From NCBI GenBank assembly GCA_039794845.1, contig JAUQVK010000067.1, positions 44,559 through 108,558 on the forward strand: 64,000 nt of DNA. Direction: 5' to 3'. The notes under the pieces were generated by a model. It ran no database searches and was not told the DNA's origin. It worked only from the letters and a program-made list of their open reading frames with translations. Positions 20,220 through 31,490 of the stretch are shown piece by piece. Origin of the DNA: Thermostichus sp. DRC_bins_24 (GTDB taxonomy: Bacteria > Cyanobacteriota > Cyanobacteriia > Thermostichales > Thermostichaceae). A program made the position numbers and the translations under genes. Each line of letters starts with the position of its first letter. The first letter of the stretch is position 1.

Positions 20220-22031
20220 ATGGGCAAAGTCATCGGGATTGACCTGGGAACCACCAACAGTTGTGTGGCGGTTTTGGAGGGTGGCCAACCTGTAGTCATT
20301 ACCAATGCCGAGGGCGGTCGCACCACTCCCAGCATTGTGGGATTTGCCAAGAACAACGCCCGCTTGGTGGGGCAACTGGCCAAGCGCCAAGCGGTCACCA
20401 ATGCAGAAAACACCATCTTCAGTGTCAAACGCTTTATTGGGCGCACCTTTGCAGAGACAGAAGTCGAGCGGATGCGGGTTCCCTACAAAGTGATCCCAGG
20501 CCGAGACAATATGGTGGAAGTGGCGGTACAGGATCGGTCCTATACCCCGCAAGAGATCTCCGCCATGATCCTGCAAAAGCTTAAGGCCGACGCCGAAGCC
20601 TACCTAGGGGAGCCGGTGACCCAGGCGGTTATTACGGTCCCCGCCTACTTTACCGACGCCCAGCGGCAGGCCACCAAAGATGCCGGCACCATTGCCGGCT
20701 TGGAGGTGCTGCGCATCATCAACGAGCCGACGGCAGCCTCTCTGGCCTACGGTTTGGATAAGCAGGATCAGGATCTGTGCATTCTGGTGTTCGACCTCGG
20801 GGGGGGCACCTTCGATGTCTCGGTGCTGCAGCTGGGCAGCGGCGTCTTTGAGGTGAAGGCTACCGCCGGCAACAACCACCTGGGGGGCGATGATTTCGAT
20901 CAAAAGATTGTCGATTGGCTCACCCGCGAGTTTTTGGCAGCAGAAGGGATCGACCTCTCCCAAGATCGCATGGCACTGCAACGGATGCGGGAAGCGGCCG
21001 AGAAAGCCAAGATTGAGCTCTCCAGCACCCAAGCCACCTCCATTAATCTGCCCTTCATCACTGCCGACGACTCTGGCCCCAAGCATTTGGAAGTAGAGCT
21101 GACCCGCGGGAAATTTGAGGAATTGGTGCGAGATCTGGTGGAGGCCACCGTTGAACCCACGGAGCAGGCCCTGAGAGATGCTGGGGTCTCAGCTGAGAAC
21201 ATCGACAAGGTCTTGTTGGTGGGGGGATCCAGCCGTATTCCCGCCATTCAGGACAAAATCAAGCAAATCTTCAAGGGCAAAGCCCCGGATCGCTCCGTCA
21301 ACCCAGATGAGGCGGTTGCCCTCGGGGCGGCTATTCAAGCGGGGGTGATGGGGGGAGAGGTCAAGGATCTGCTCCTTTTGGATGTGATCCCCCTCTCGAT
21401 CGGAGTGGAAACCCTGGGGGGGGTATTTACCCGCATCATTGAGCGCAACACCACCGTTCCCACCAGCAAAACCCAGATTTTCTCTACTGCCACCGATGCT
21501 CAGAGTGTGGTCGAGATTCATGTGCTGCAGGGGGAACGGGCCATGGCCCGCGACAACAAAACGCTGGGGCGCTTCCAACTGACCGGGATCCCGCCTGCCC
21601 CCCGCGGGGTTCCTCAGATCGAAGTATCTTTTGATATCGATGCAAACGGCATCTTGAAGGTCTCTGCCCGCGAAAAGGGCACCGGCATTGAGCAGAGCGT
21701 TAAGATCACCAACAACGGCGGTCTTAGCAGCACCGAGATCGAGCGGATGCGCCGGGAAGCCGATGCTTTTGCCGAAGAGGATCAGCGGCGGCAGCAGGTG
21801 GTGGAAGCCCGCAACCAGTCCGACGCCCTGCTCTACAACTACGACAAAACCCTTGAAGAACATGGCAGCCGCCTTAGCGAAGCCCGAATCCAGCGGGGAG
21901 CTCAGGCGGCGGGCGCATTGAGAGCATTGCTGACAGGTGATAACGTAGATTTAGCAACTTTACGGAATGCAATGGAAGATCTGCGGGTGGTTCTCCTGGA
22001 GATGGGCAGCGAGATCTACGGGGCTCGCTAG
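20220..22031 (+). CDS. dnaK: Chaperone DnaK
   Basis: [47 protein letters not shown]. Confidence 0.97.
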   Translation: MGKVIGIDLGTTNSCVAVLEGGQPVVITNAEGGRTTPSIVGFAKNNARLVGQLAKRQAVTNAENTIFSVKRFIGRTFAETEVERMRVPYKVIPGRDNMVEVAVQDRSYTPQEISAMILQKLKADAEAYLGEPVTQAVITVPAYFTDAQRQATKDAGTIAGLEVLRIINEPTAASLAYGLDKQDQDLCILVFDLGGGTFDVSVLQLGSGVFEVKATAGNNHLGGDDFDQKIVDWLTREFLAAEGIDLSQDRMALQRMREAAEKAKIELSSTQATSINLPFITADDSGPKHLEVELTRGKFEELVRDLVEATVEPTEQALRDAGVSAENIDKVLLVGGSSRIPAIQDKIKQIFKGKAPDRSVNPDEAVALGAAIQAGVMGGEVKDLLLLDVIPLSIGVETLGGVFTRIIERNTTVPTSKTQIFSTATDAQSVVEIHVLQGERAMARDNKTLGRFQLTGIPPAPRGVPQIEVSFDIDANGILKVSAREKGTGIEQSVKITNNGGLSSTEIERMRREADAFAEEDQRRQQVVEARNQSDALLYNYDKTLEEHGSRLSEARIQRGAQAAGALRALLTGDNVDLATLRNAMEDLRVVLLEMGSEIYGAR

Positions 22032-22171
22032 AGTTTCGCAGCAGCGGATCAGGATCCCCCCTGCTCCATCGCCTCGCGGGCTTGTTCCGGCAAGAGGGAC
22101 GTTGCGCTGCCCGCAAAGTTGCCTGAGCGTACTTGATCTTTATCCCTCTGATATCCCTCTGAAGCGCTTCT

Positions 22172-23356
22172 ATGGCTCGTGATTATTACGAAATCCTGGG
22201 GGTTAGCCGCGATAGCTCCAAAGAAGACATTAAGCGTGCCTACCGACGTTTGGCCCGCAAGTATCACCCCGATGTCAACAAAGAGCCGGGAGCAGAAGAT
22301 CGATTCAAGGAGATCAACCGCGCCTACGAAGTGCTCTCCGACAACGAGCTGAAAGCCCGCTACGACCGCTTTGGCGAGGCCGGCTTGGGTGGCGCAGCCG
22401 CCGGGGCGGGTGGCTTCCAGGATTTTGCCGGTATGGGGGGCTTTGCCGATATTTTCGAGAGCTTCTTCACCAACTTTGCGGGGGCGAGCACTGGCTATAC
22501 CCGCAGTCGCAATGGGCCCGTACGCGGCGATGACCTGCGCTTTGACCTGAAGCTGGAGTTTCTCGAGGCCATCTTCGGGGGTGAAAAGCAAATTCGCATT
22601 AGCCACCTGGAAACCTGTACCGTCTGTGGGGGTAGCGGCGCCAAACCCGGCACAGATGTGAAAACCTGCCCAACCTGCGGCGGTAGTGGCCAAGTGCGAC
22701 GGGCAACCCGAACCCCCTTTGGCAGTTTTACCCAAGTCTCAGTTTGTCCTACCTGTTCCGGTTCCGGTCAGGTGGTGGAGGAGACCTGCTACAACTGCAA
22801 CGGCGAAGGCTTGGCCCAAACCACCAAGAAGCTGCGCATCAATATTCCTGCCGGTGTGGATAGTGGCACCCGTTTGCGGGTTTCAGGAGAAGGGGATGCC
22901 GGTCGGCGCGGCGGCCCCCCTGGAGATCTGTACGTCTACCTGTTTACGGAAGCCGATCCCGACTTCCAGCGGGATGGCCTGACCATTCTTTCGGAAGTGC
23001 GCGTGAGCTACCTGCAGGCTATTTTGGGTGCAAAGGTGTCGGTGCCCACCGTAGACTCGAAGGCGGGCCTTGAAGAAGAAGTGGAGTTAACCATTCCAGC
23101 GGGCTCCCAGCCAGGTACGGTGCTCACGCTTGAGGGTAAAGGAGTGCCTCGGCTCGGCAACCCATTGGCCCGGGGCGATCACCAGCTCACCCTGGTGGTG
23201 GAGATTCCGACCCGCATCAGCTCGGAAGAGCGAGAACTGTTGATGCGTTTGGCGGAGCTGCACGGAGAACGCATCAACAGGCGGGATGGCTTCTTGGGGG
23301 GGTTGCTGCGGGGGCTTGCCCAAATGCCGGGGAACCGGGAGCGTGAAGAGGAATGA
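22172..23356 (+). CDS. dnaJ: Chaperone DnaJ
   Basis: J-domain with HPD, G/F region, four CxxCxGxG zinc motifs. Confidence 0.97.
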   Translation: MARDYYEILGVSRDSSKEDIKRAYRRLARKYHPDVNKEPGAEDRFKEINRAYEVLSDNELKARYDRFGEAGLGGAAAGAGGFQDFAGMGGFADIFESFFTNFAGASTGYTRSRNGPVRGDDLRFDLKLEFLEAIFGGEKQIRISHLETCTVCGGSGAKPGTDVKTCPTCGGSGQVRRATRTPFGSFTQVSVCPTCSGSGQVVEETCYNCNGEGLAQTTKKLRINIPAGVDSGTRLRVSGEGDAGRRGGPPGDLYVYLFTEADPDFQRDGLTILSEVRVSYLQAILGAKVSVPTVDSKAGLEEEVELTIPAGSQPGTVLTLEGKGVPRLGNPLARGDHQLTLVVEIPTRISSEERELLMRLAELHGERINRRDGFLGGLLRGLAQMPGNREREEE

Positions 23357-23622
23357 CTTCAGGGGCTGTATCACCGGAAGAAGTTAAGCTTGTCCTCGAC
23401 CAACGAGGGATCCCTTGTCCATTGAACTATGTACGGGCAAAGCTACGTCTGGAGCGCATGGCCCCGGGGGATCTGTTGGAACTGTGGTTGGATGCAGGGG
23501 AACCGCTGGAGCAGGTGCCCAATAGCCTAGCGATGGCTGGACATCGGATCGAGCAACAACAAGCGGCACCGGAAGGTCATCACATTCTCTGGGTGCGCCG
23601 CGGCACGTCCGAGTCGGCATGA
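23353..23622 (+). CDS. TusA/SirA-family sulfurtransferase
   Basis: [21 protein letters not shown] overlaps with both neighbours. Confidence 0.88.
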   Translation: MTSGAVSPEEVKLVLDQRGIPCPLNYVRAKLRLERMAPGDLLELWLDAGEPLEQVPNSLAMAGHRIEQQQAAPEGHHILWVRRGTSESA

Positions 23623-24764
23623 GCCTGAAAGAATCGGATCAGCCCGGAGAAGAGGTGGCGCAGGAGGGGTCAGGTTCACCCCTGTGTCTTGGGTGGGTGC
23701 GAGCAGCGCAGGCCAATTTTTATCGGGTGCGCATGGATCCGGCTCTGGCTGCGGTTTTTCCTGGGATCCAAGCTCATCTTCCGGCCCAAAAGCCCACCCC
23801 AGCGGAGCTGCTCTGTACCCGTCGGGCCAAGCTGAGAAAAACCGGTCAACAGGTGATGGTGGGGGATTGGGTGGAGGTCGGTCTGCCCCCAACTGCTTCG
23901 GATCTTTGGCCAGAGCGAGGGGTGATCGAGTCAATTCTGCCGCGCCGGACTCAGCTGCATCGACCGGCCATTGCCAACCTCTCCCAAGCCTTGGTGGTGG
24001 TGGCCCTGGCGGAGCCCGACCCTGAACCCACCTTAATCAGTCGTTTCTTGGTGCAAGCAGAGGCCAGCCAACTGCGGGTTCAGGTGGTGCTCAACAAAGC
24101 GGATTGTGTGGATCCTGGGCTGGCGGAAACTTGGATGGATCGCTTGCGGAGTTGGGGGTATACACCTCTGTTGGTGAGTGCCCACACTCAGGCCGGGATC
24201 CCTGCAGTACGGCAGTGTTGCCGGGATCAGATCTCGGTGGTGATGGGCCCCTCTGGAGTGGGTAAATCCAGTCTGCTCAATCGGCTGTTACCGGATGCCC
24301 AATTGGCTACCCAAGCGGTATCAGGACGGTTGCGTCACGGGCGGCATACCACCCGCCATGTGGAGCTGTTCCCGTTGCCTGAGGGGGGGTGGATCGCCGA
24401 TTCCCCGGGGTTTAATGCCAACGAAGGGATCCCATCTGTCCATCCCTTGCAGTTGATTCAGGGTTTCCCGGAGGTGCGAAATCGCCTGGGTAACTGTCAG
24501 TTTCGAGATTGCCTGCACGATCAAGAGCCGGGGTGTGGGGTGCGGGAGCCAGATTGGGAACGACGAAGCTTCTACCTGCAGCTTTTGCGAGAAGCTCAGG
24601 CAGCACAACCTTTGGGGTTTGTCAATGCTCGCCCAGAGCCAGACCGTACCACTCCTAGAGACGGGATCCGACAAATTCCTAGCCGGCACCGACGTGTTTC
24701 GCGACGACAGAACCGCCAGGCCCTGCAAAACCCAAAGCTCGGCCATCTAGGTTCAGAAATCTAG
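23619..24764 (+). CDS. rsgA: Small ribosomal subunit biogenesis GTPase RsgA
   Basis: NKAD, GPSGVGKSS, GRHTTR, DSPG, C-x-F-x-D-C-x-H-x2-EPGC. Confidence 0.95.
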   Translation: MSLKESDQPGEEVAQEGSGSPLCLGWVRAAQANFYRVRMDPALAAVFPGIQAHLPAQKPTPAELLCTRRAKLRKTGQQVMVGDWVEVGLPPTASDLWPERGVIESILPRRTQLHRPAIANLSQALVVVALAEPDPEPTLISRFLVQAEASQLRVQVVLNKADCVDPGLAETWMDRLRSWGYTPLLVSAHTQAGIPAVRQCCRDQISVVMGPSGVGKSSLLNRLLPDAQLATQAVSGRLRHGRHTTRHVELFPLPEGGWIADSPGFNANEGIPSVHPLQLIQGFPEVRNRLGNCQFRDCLHDQEPGCGVREPDWERRSFYLQLLREAQAAQPLGFVNARPEPDRTTPRDGIRQIPSRHRRVSRRQNRQALQNPKLGHLGSEI

Positions 24765-24864
24765 CTTTTTCTCCGAAATTGTCAATGATCTTCATTCTTG
24801 CTGTGGATCCCTGAGATCGTCATAATCTGGAGATGCCAACGTTCCCGTGTCCGGAGGAGTGCTT

Positions 24865-25596
24865 ATGCCAGCATCAAAGGTTTCTGGAGGCCAGCCGGGA
24901 TCCCTACAGCGGAAGGGAGCCAAGCTCTTCTCCGGTCTTTTCGCCTCGGTTGTGGTTTTGGCAGGCTGTGGGGGAGGAGGAGGGGGTACGGTTCCGCCAC
25001 CCTTGGTGAATGTTTGCCAGCAAGCCTTTAACCCGCAACTTTTTGCCTCGATTGGCCTGCAACGTCAGGGGGATAGCCGCAGTGGATCCCTAGGGCCGAG
25101 CAGTCTGTTGGAGTTCTACTTTGATGCCGCTGGCAATTTACAAGATGCGCGAACCAATCCTCCGCCTGCCGGTACGTTCACCTTCTTTTCCGATGGCTTC
25201 CTGTACTTCCCATCGGCTGCCAATGTAACAGGGGTAACGATTCGTCTCACCAGCCCTGTCTTCGATCCGTTGTTGGTCATCGGCGGCTTTAATAGCAATC
25301 GCACCCTGGATCGAGATCTGATTTTTGTCAATGATGATGCGGCTCCTGGCAACTTCACCACCTCTGAGCTGACCATGCCGGTTCGGCAGGATCGCTGCTA
25401 CTTGCTGCAGGTGCAAAGCTACTGGGCTCAAAATGCTTCTCCTGCGGCTGGCCCCGGTAGCCCTGGTCGGGGTGCTTACACGATTGAGGTGGTCAGCGAA
25501 ACGTTTGCTGCTCCTCCGCCACGGCCTCAGCAGCAACAGAAACCCCCCAGTGAGGCGGGGGGTGGGGGTGATCGCGGTAGCGGCATTGGCATTTAG
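24865..25596 (+). CDS. Putative lipoprotein with PPC-like beta domain
   Basis: GGAGG RBS; lipobox LAGC; FDPLLVI..NDD..Y.LQV..GAYTIEV pattern. Confidence 0.65.
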   Translation: MPASKVSGGQPGSLQRKGAKLFSGLFASVVVLAGCGGGGGGTVPPPLVNVCQQAFNPQLFASIGLQRQGDSRSGSLGPSSLLEFYFDAAGNLQDARTNPPPAGTFTFFSDGFLYFPSAANVTGVTIRLTSPVFDPLLVIGGFNSNRTLDRDLIFVNDDAAPGNFTTSELTMPVRQDRCYLLQVQSYWAQNASPAAGPGSPGRGAYTIEVVSETFAAPPPRPQQQQKPPSEAGGGGDRGSGIGI

Positions 25597-25715
25597 GCCA
25601 GTTTGGGATCCTTGACAGCCTTTTCCGACTTTGCCGCAACACCTCAAAAACAGAAACGCCTGGGATCCATGACAAATCCTGGGCATTTTTTTGTCCACAA
25701 GCCGCTGGGATCCGC

Positions 25716-28163
25716 CTAGCCTTGTCGGGTCAGGGTGATGGGGAAACTGGCTGTACCGCAGGTTGCGGTTCCACGAATGGAGCGTCCATCGGGGCTGACG
25801 GTGCCACTCCAGGTGATGTTGGGGGTGCCAATGCCCTCGGCTCTGCCTGTTACCGAAAATTGGTTGTTGCTGAACTGCCCACTGCGCTCTCGCAAGCTAG
25901 GGGAGGTAATGCTGATTTGGTTGCCGCTGTGGCTAATGAAAACGGTTTCTCGAACTCCAGACTGGGTGTTGACTCTGCAGGTGGAGCCTTGCCAGGCAAA
26001 AGAACCTCCTTCGTAAACCCATTGCCCACTGAGGGCCAGAGCTGGCACAGAAGTAGGTGTTGGGGTTGTTACAGGGGTCGGTGTGGGAGCAGGAGTGGGG
26101 GGTACTAGAGGCGTGTAGGTGGGAATTGGAGTGGGTGGGGGTGTCGGGGTCGGAGTTGAGGTAGGTGTGGGGGTCGGAGCTGGAGTTGGAGCAGGGGTCG
26201 GCGTGGGTGTGGGTGGAGGGGTTGGTGGAACGGGGGTTGGAGTTGCTACGACAGGTGTAGGAGTCGGGACAGGTGTGGGCGTTGGGGTTGGCGGTAGAGG
26301 GGGAGGAGTCGGGGTACAACGCCGAACCAGCTGTTGGCGATAGTCTTCCAAGCGGGCTTGTTGATCGGGATAATCCTGCAGGAGCCGCTGAATCAGATCC
26401 AAGGCGGGCTGACAGTTGCGATTGCTAATTGCTTCATTGGCAACTTGATCCAGACGTTGGTAGTACTCTGCCAGAGGTGTGGGGGTAACTACGGGTGTGG
26501 GAGTCGGGACAGGCGTGGGGGTTGGAGGTGGAGGAGTTGGGGTGGGCTCAGGAGTTGGAGTGATTTCAGGTGTGGGGGTAGGTGTTGCGGTGGGAGTCGG
26601 AGTTAACTCTGGCGTAGGTGTGAGAACAGGGGTCGGGGTGGGTTCAGGTTCAGGTTCCACGACCAGGCGGGGCCAAAAGAAAAAGGCTGCCAACAGGGCA
26701 ATGACGCTCAGGGATCCCCCTGCCAAGATCCACTTCAGGCCGTTGCCCGAAGGCTGTAAAACTGTTTTGGATGCGGGTTGAGGCAGGGGGGTATCTGGGG
26801 GAGTTTCGGACGGGGGTGGAGTAGGCGGAATGGCACTGCCGGGTGGGATCAGGGTGGAGGGGGTTCTTTGGGTTTTGCTCTCGGGTCTTGTGGTGAGGTC
26901 TTGTGTTTCCGGTAACGACTGCGCAGGAGAAGCAGAGGGTAAGGTTTCGCGGTCGGTGATGTAATAGGGGGGCTCTGGCCCGAGAGGAGGAGAAAAAACG
27001 GGCTCGTCCTCGATTAGGTCGAGATCCTCATCGCGGATATCTTCAAAGGCCCCAGGGGAAGATCCCGCGTTGCCGGTGGTGCGGATCGGCGGTTTGGGGC
27101 CAGGAGAAGGTGTGGTAACGTCCGGAGGCTTCGCAACTCCGCTGGGGAGAATCTCCGTACTGGCCTGGCTGGGGGAAGCTTGAGTGGTGACGGTCAGGTC
27201 GTAGGCTTGCAACAGCCGTTCCCCCAGTTCCCGCATCGTTTGCGGCCGCTCATCCGGGTTTTTCTTCAGGCAGGCCATCACCACTTCGGCCAAGCGAGGT
27301 GGGATCGGATGAGAGGTTGTGTCTGGGTTAATTTCTATGGGGGCTTCATAGCAGTGGGCATGGATCCAACTGTGCAGAGAGTCGGTTTCCAACTGAAAAG
27401 GCATGGATCCCGTCAGCATCTCGTAGAGCACCACCCCAAAGGAGTAGATATCTGAGCGGGCATCCAGAGATTTGCCTCGCATTTGTTCGGGAGAGGCATA
27501 CCGAGCCGTGCCGATGAACCCCCCTCCCTTTTGGGTGCCAAGGCTGAGGGTTTGATCCGCCAAGGTTTTGGCCACGCCGAAGTCGAGGATTTTCAGTTGG
27601 GTGGTGGACTTGCCGTTTTGGAGAATGTGCTCGATAAACAGGTTGCTGGGTTTGATGTCACGGTGAATCACCCCCCGAATTTCCCGGCCATCCAATTGGG
27701 TTTGAAAGGTATGGGCAAAGTACAACCCTTCACAGGCTTGTAGGGCCAGCCGAATCGCTTGGCGGACAGGTACAGCTCCTTTTTCCCGAATCAGTCTCGC
27801 CAGATCCTGCCCTTTGAGGTACTCCATGACCAGATAGGCTTGCTCCCCTTGCTGGCCATGATCCAAAACTTTGATAATGCGAGGATGTTGACCCAGAAGG
27901 GTACTGACACGAATCTCTTCGGCAAAACGGCGGCGCAAATCCGTTTGGGAGTCTCCTCGGCCCACCATCATCGGGGCATACAAGACCTTAACAGCCACTT
28001 CTTGACGATTGTTTTGTAAATCCAAGGCGCGAAATACGGATCCCATGCCACCGCCACCAATTTCCTGCAGCAGCTGGTAACGATCACCCAAAATGCGGTT
28101 GGTTAAATCTGAGGTCATGGGTTTGGAGGTTCTAGAAGGGGCAGTTTGGGTGAGGATGTCCAT
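25716..28163 (-). CDS. Membrane Ser/Thr protein kinase with Pro/Thr-rich extracytoplasmic region
   Basis: [44 protein letters not shown] helix followed by (PT)n. Confidence 0.92.
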   Translation of the reverse strand: MDILTQTAPSRTSKPMTSDLTNRILGDRYQLLQEIGGGGMGSVFRALDLQNNRQEVAVKVLYAPMMVGRGDSQTDLRRRFAEEIRVSTLLGQHPRIIKVLDHGQQGEQAYLVMEYLKGQDLARLIREKGAVPVRQAIRLALQACEGLYFAHTFQTQLDGREIRGVIHRDIKPSNLFIEHILQNGKSTTQLKILDFGVAKTLADQTLSLGTQKGGGFIGTARYASPEQMRGKSLDARSDIYSFGVVLYEMLTGSMPFQLETDSLHSWIHAHCYEAPIEINPDTTSHPIPPRLAEVVMACLKKNPDERPQTMRELGERLLQAYDLTVTTQASPSQASTEILPSGVAKPPDVTTPSPGPKPPIRTTGNAGSSPGAFEDIRDEDLDLIEDEPVFSPPLGPEPPYYITDRETLPSASPAQSLPETQDLTTRPESKTQRTPSTLIPPGSAIPPTPPPSETPPDTPLPQPASKTVLQPSGNGLKWILAGGSLSVIALLAAFFFWPRLVVEPEPEPTPTPVLTPTPELTPTPTATPTPTPEITPTPEPTPTPPPPTPTPVPTPTPVVTPTPLAEYYQRLDQVANEAISNRNCQPALDLIQRLLQDYPDQQARLEDYRQQLVRRCTPTPPPLPPTPTPTPVPTPTPVVATPTPVPPTPPPTPTPTPAPTPAPTPTPTSTPTPTPPPTPIPTYTPLVPPTPAPTPTPVTTPTPTSVPALALSGQWVYEGGSFAWQGSTCRVNTQSGVRETVFISHSGNQISITSPSLRERSGQFSNNQFSVTGRAEGIGTPNITWSGTVSPDGRSIRGTATCGTASFPITLTRQG

Positions 28164-28484
28164 ACAATAAACCGAATTGCTGAGGCTGTCTTCAGCGCTG
28201 GATCATTCCGGTGGCTGAACCCAGGGATCCCGCTCATGCCCGCCTTCCGGAAGTTGCCGATATCTCAAGTTAATATCTCAAGTTAGTTATAGAAGCATGC
28301 TCCGTGGGTAGGAGTGATATCCAATGGAGGACTGCGGTGATCTTCCTCACTGGCAAGCGGATCGTTTCCTGGTTTTGTCAAAGGGGATCCCCTTTCATTT
28401 CCTCCTCTGGGCAGTTGCCGACTTGGGAGTAGATGATCGGCAGAGTGCCCTTAGGGGCCGAGGGATCCCTTCGTGAGGTGAACA

Positions 28485-29453
28485 ATGGATTTGGGCTTGG
28501 TGGTCATCGCCTACAAAGAAGGGGATCGAGAGAGCAAAGCTGCTTGTCAGATGTGTGCCGAGCAGTTGCGCCATCGCGGGGTCACGGTGTTAACGGCTCC
28601 GACGGGTTTGCATCACAATCCTTACCCGGTCTTTCTGGAGGCAACCTCCGACCCGATTGATCTGGCGGTGGTGCTGGGGGGAGATGGCTCCGTGTTGGCG
28701 GCAGCCCGATTTTTGGCGCCCCATGGGATCCCGATTTTGCCGATTAAATCTGGGGGCAGGTTAGGGTTTCTGGCCCAGTCAGAACGGGTCTTGCGACAGG
28801 ATCCCTGGGATCGCATCCAATCCGGAGACTTTATTTTGCAGCCGCGCATGATGCTGCAAGCCCGAATTTTGGAACAACCCCAGCTGGGGCAAGGGGATCC
28901 CTTAGCCACCCGTGGAGAGGGGAAACAACAGGGCCGCCCCGTCAGCCAGGTGTACTACGCTCTGAATGAGATGTGCCTGAAGCCGATTAACCGGGAACGG
29001 CTGCCCGCCGCAATCATGGAAATTGAGGTAAATGGCGAGATTTTGGATCAATATCATGGCGATGGGGTGCTGGTGGCAACGCCAACGGGATCCACATCCT
29101 ATACGTTGGCTGCCAACGGCCCGATTATCGATCCGACGCTGGAGGTGATCACCATTACCCCTATCTGTCCCCTCAGTTTGTCCAGTCGTCCCATTGTTAT
29201 CGGCGGTACAGCCAAGGTTGAAATTTGGCCTCTCTCGGATGCAGAAGGGCTGACGCGCCTCTGGACGGATGGAGTTTTGGCACAGTCGGTGAACCCCGGC
29301 CAATGGGTAGAGATTCAACAGGCCCCCACCGTCGCCAAACTGATGATCCTAGAAGAGAACCTCTCCTATTTCCGCACCCTACGGGAAAAACTGCAGTGGG
29401 CGGGCAGTCGCATTTACATTCCCACCACCAATCACCGCCCCGACTGGGGATAA
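28485..29453 (+). CDS. nadK: NAD(+) kinase
   Basis: LGGDGSVL, GRLGFL, ALNE, ATPTGSTSY. Confidence 0.93.
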   Translation: MDLGLVVIAYKEGDRESKAACQMCAEQLRHRGVTVLTAPTGLHHNPYPVFLEATSDPIDLAVVLGGDGSVLAAARFLAPHGIPILPIKSGGRLGFLAQSERVLRQDPWDRIQSGDFILQPRMMLQARILEQPQLGQGDPLATRGEGKQQGRPVSQVYYALNEMCLKPINRERLPAAIMEIEVNGEILDQYHGDGVLVATPTGSTSYTLAANGPIIDPTLEVITITPICPLSLSSRPIVIGGTAKVEIWPLSDAEGLTRLWTDGVLAQSVNPGQWVEIQQAPTVAKLMILEENLSYFRTLREKLQWAGSRIYIPTTNHRPDWG

Positions 29454-29519
29454 GGAGAATTTAAGGTTCGAGAGTTACAGTAACGAAAATCAACCGGGAT
29501 CCGCGTCGGAGCACACCCA

Positions 29520-30158
29520 ATGAGCCTGAGACTTTACCTCTTAAGACATGGCGAAACCCCCTACAGCCGCTCGGGTGGGTTTTGTGGTGCTTTGGATCCT
29601 GACCTGACTCCAGAAGGTCAACAGATGGCCCATGCCTTTGCCGCCGCCTATTCAGGGATCCCTTGGCAGGCCCTTTATGTGAGCCCCATGCAGCGTACTC
29701 TCGCCACCCTAAGACCTTTAGCAGAAAAGACTGGGTTGGAGATGCAAATACGAGAGGGACTGCGGGAAATTCACTATGGAGAATGGGAGGGCAAAACTCA
29801 CCCAGAGGTGAGGGAATCCTATACAGAAGATTACCTGCGTTGGATGACCGAACCCGCTTGGAACTCACCCACAGGAGGCGAAACGGCGGTACAAATTGCC
29901 AACCGAGCCATGCCCGTGGTGGCTGAGATCGAAGAGAAGTACACAGATGGCAATGTGTTGATCGTCTCCCACAAAGCTACCATTCGTGTTATTCTCTGCA
30001 GTCTACTGGGTATTGATCTGGGCCGCTACCGGGATCGCATTGAGGTGTTGGCAGCCTCTGTTAGTGTGATCAAGTTTGATCGCTATGGCCCCCTTCTGGA
30101 AGTTTTGGGGGAACGCAACTATCTACCAACAGAATTGCGAGAACGCTCAGGCACCTAA
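29520..30158 (+). CDS. Histidine phosphatase (phosphoglycerate mutase) family protein
   Basis: LLRHGET, SPMQRT, LREIHYGEWEG, VSH. Confidence 0.9.
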   Translation: MSLRLYLLRHGETPYSRSGGFCGALDPDLTPEGQQMAHAFAAAYSGIPWQALYVSPMQRTLATLRPLAEKTGLEMQIREGLREIHYGEWEGKTHPEVRESYTEDYLRWMTEPAWNSPTGGETAVQIANRAMPVVAEIEEKYTDGNVLIVSHKATIRVILCSLLGIDLGRYRDRIEVLAASVSVIKFDRYGPLLEVLGERNYLPTELRERSGT

Positions 30159-30220
30159 CCGGGCTCCCCATATTCAGAAGAAAACTCTCTCTTCATTCAG
30201 GATTTTCCGGACAAGCAATC

Positions 30221-31180
30221 ATGAGCAAAAAAATCGGGTTGGCACTGGGCAGCGGCGGGGCCAGGGGTTGGGCCCACATCGGGGTGATTCGGGCATTAGA
30301 ACGGGCCGAGATCCCCATTGATTACATCGCTGGGGCAAGCATCGGCGCATTTGTCGGGGCCATTTATGCCGCAGGGGAGTTGGATGAGCTAGAAGACTTT
30401 GTGCGGGATCTCAACTGGAAGATGATCCTATCTCTATTTGATGTAGTCTTCCCTACCTGTGGACTTTTGGATGGCAATAAGATTTACGATCTGCTGACGG
30501 AACATTTACAAGAGCTCTGTATTGAAGAGGCTGGGATCCCTTTTTGTTGTGTGGCAACCGATCTGATCACGGGCAAAGAGGTTCTTTTGCGCTCAGGAAG
30601 GATGGCCGATGCTGTGCGGGCGAGCATTTCGATTCCCGGCATTTTTACTCCTTTTGCACATCAAGGTTTGTATTTGGGAGATGGGGGCATTGTCAACCCG
30701 GTGCCGGTGCAGGTGGTGCGCGATATGGGTGCCGATATTGTGATTGCAGTCAACCTCAACCATGTGGATCCACAAACGGTAGAAGATCAACCGGAGGAAA
30801 CCGAGATCGAAGAAACCATTCAACGACGCCAACGCCTCAATGCAGAAGGAGAGGTGATTGAAGAAGAAACCAACTTGATCACCCGCATTCGCAAACGCTA
30901 TCAATCTTTGCAAGAAGGGATCCAACAAAAAATCAGCCAGTGGATCCCAGACGAACCCGCCGGCCCCAACATTTTTGATGTAATTGGCACCACCCTGAAT
31001 GTCATGGAGCAGAGCATTACCCGCAGCATCTTGGCCCAACATCCACCGGATGTACTCTTGCAACCTAATCTCAGCCAATACGGAATTTTTGACTTCCACG
31101 AAGCGGATCCGATTATTCGAGAGGGCTATCGCCAAATGCGGCGAGCGATTCCAGAGTTGCGCCAGAAGCTGGAGAGCTAA
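30221..31180 (+). CDS. Patatin-like phospholipase (RssA-like)
   Basis: LGSGGARGWAHIGV, GASIG, DGG. Confidence 0.92.
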   Translation: MSKKIGLALGSGGARGWAHIGVIRALERAEIPIDYIAGASIGAFVGAIYAAGELDELEDFVRDLNWKMILSLFDVVFPTCGLLDGNKIYDLLTEHLQELCIEEAGIPFCCVATDLITGKEVLLRSGRMADAVRASISIPGIFTPFAHQGLYLGDGGIVNPVPVQVVRDMGADIVIAVNLNHVDPQTVEDQPEETEIEETIQRRQRLNAEGEVIEEETNLITRIRKRYQSLQEGIQQKISQWIPDEPAGPNIFDVIGTTLNVMEQSITRSILAQHPPDVLLQPNLSQYGIFDFHEADPIIREGYRQMRRAIPELRQKLES

Positions 31181-31186
31181 ACCCAT

Positions 31187-31490
31187 TTAACCCAAGGCCT
31201 TGAAGGGATCCGCGTATTGAATGGTTCCAGACCGATCCTGTAGGGATCCCGGCCTCAATTTCAACACCATAAATGCCTCTTCCGGTACTTCATATCCACA
31301 TTGCCCCCCCATTCAGCAGCAGTTCTAAAGCCAAAGCGGTGGTAAAGGTGAGGGTGATTCAATACCACAACCCCATCCCAAAACCTGCCTCAGTAGGAGT
31401 TCCAAAAGCCACCCCATGAATGGCGTAAATGGCCTCTAGATCTTGGGAACGTTCAGCTCGAATGTGGAACGTGCTTGGATGTATGAACAG
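31187..31490 (-). pseudogene. GNAT N-acetyltransferase (YhbS-like) remnant
   Basis: Minus-strand pieces FHIRAERSQDLEAIYAIHGVAFGTPTEA / VVVLNHPHLYHRFGFRTAAEWG / YEVPEEAFMVLKLRPGSLQDRSGTIQYADPF; central part missing and frame broken. Confidence 0.75.

Noticed and set aside
21900..22171. Possible premature stop in dnaK (603 aa, no acidic tail)
   Set aside because: The lid helices end normally (EMGSEIYG) and the read-through sequence is not DnaK-like.
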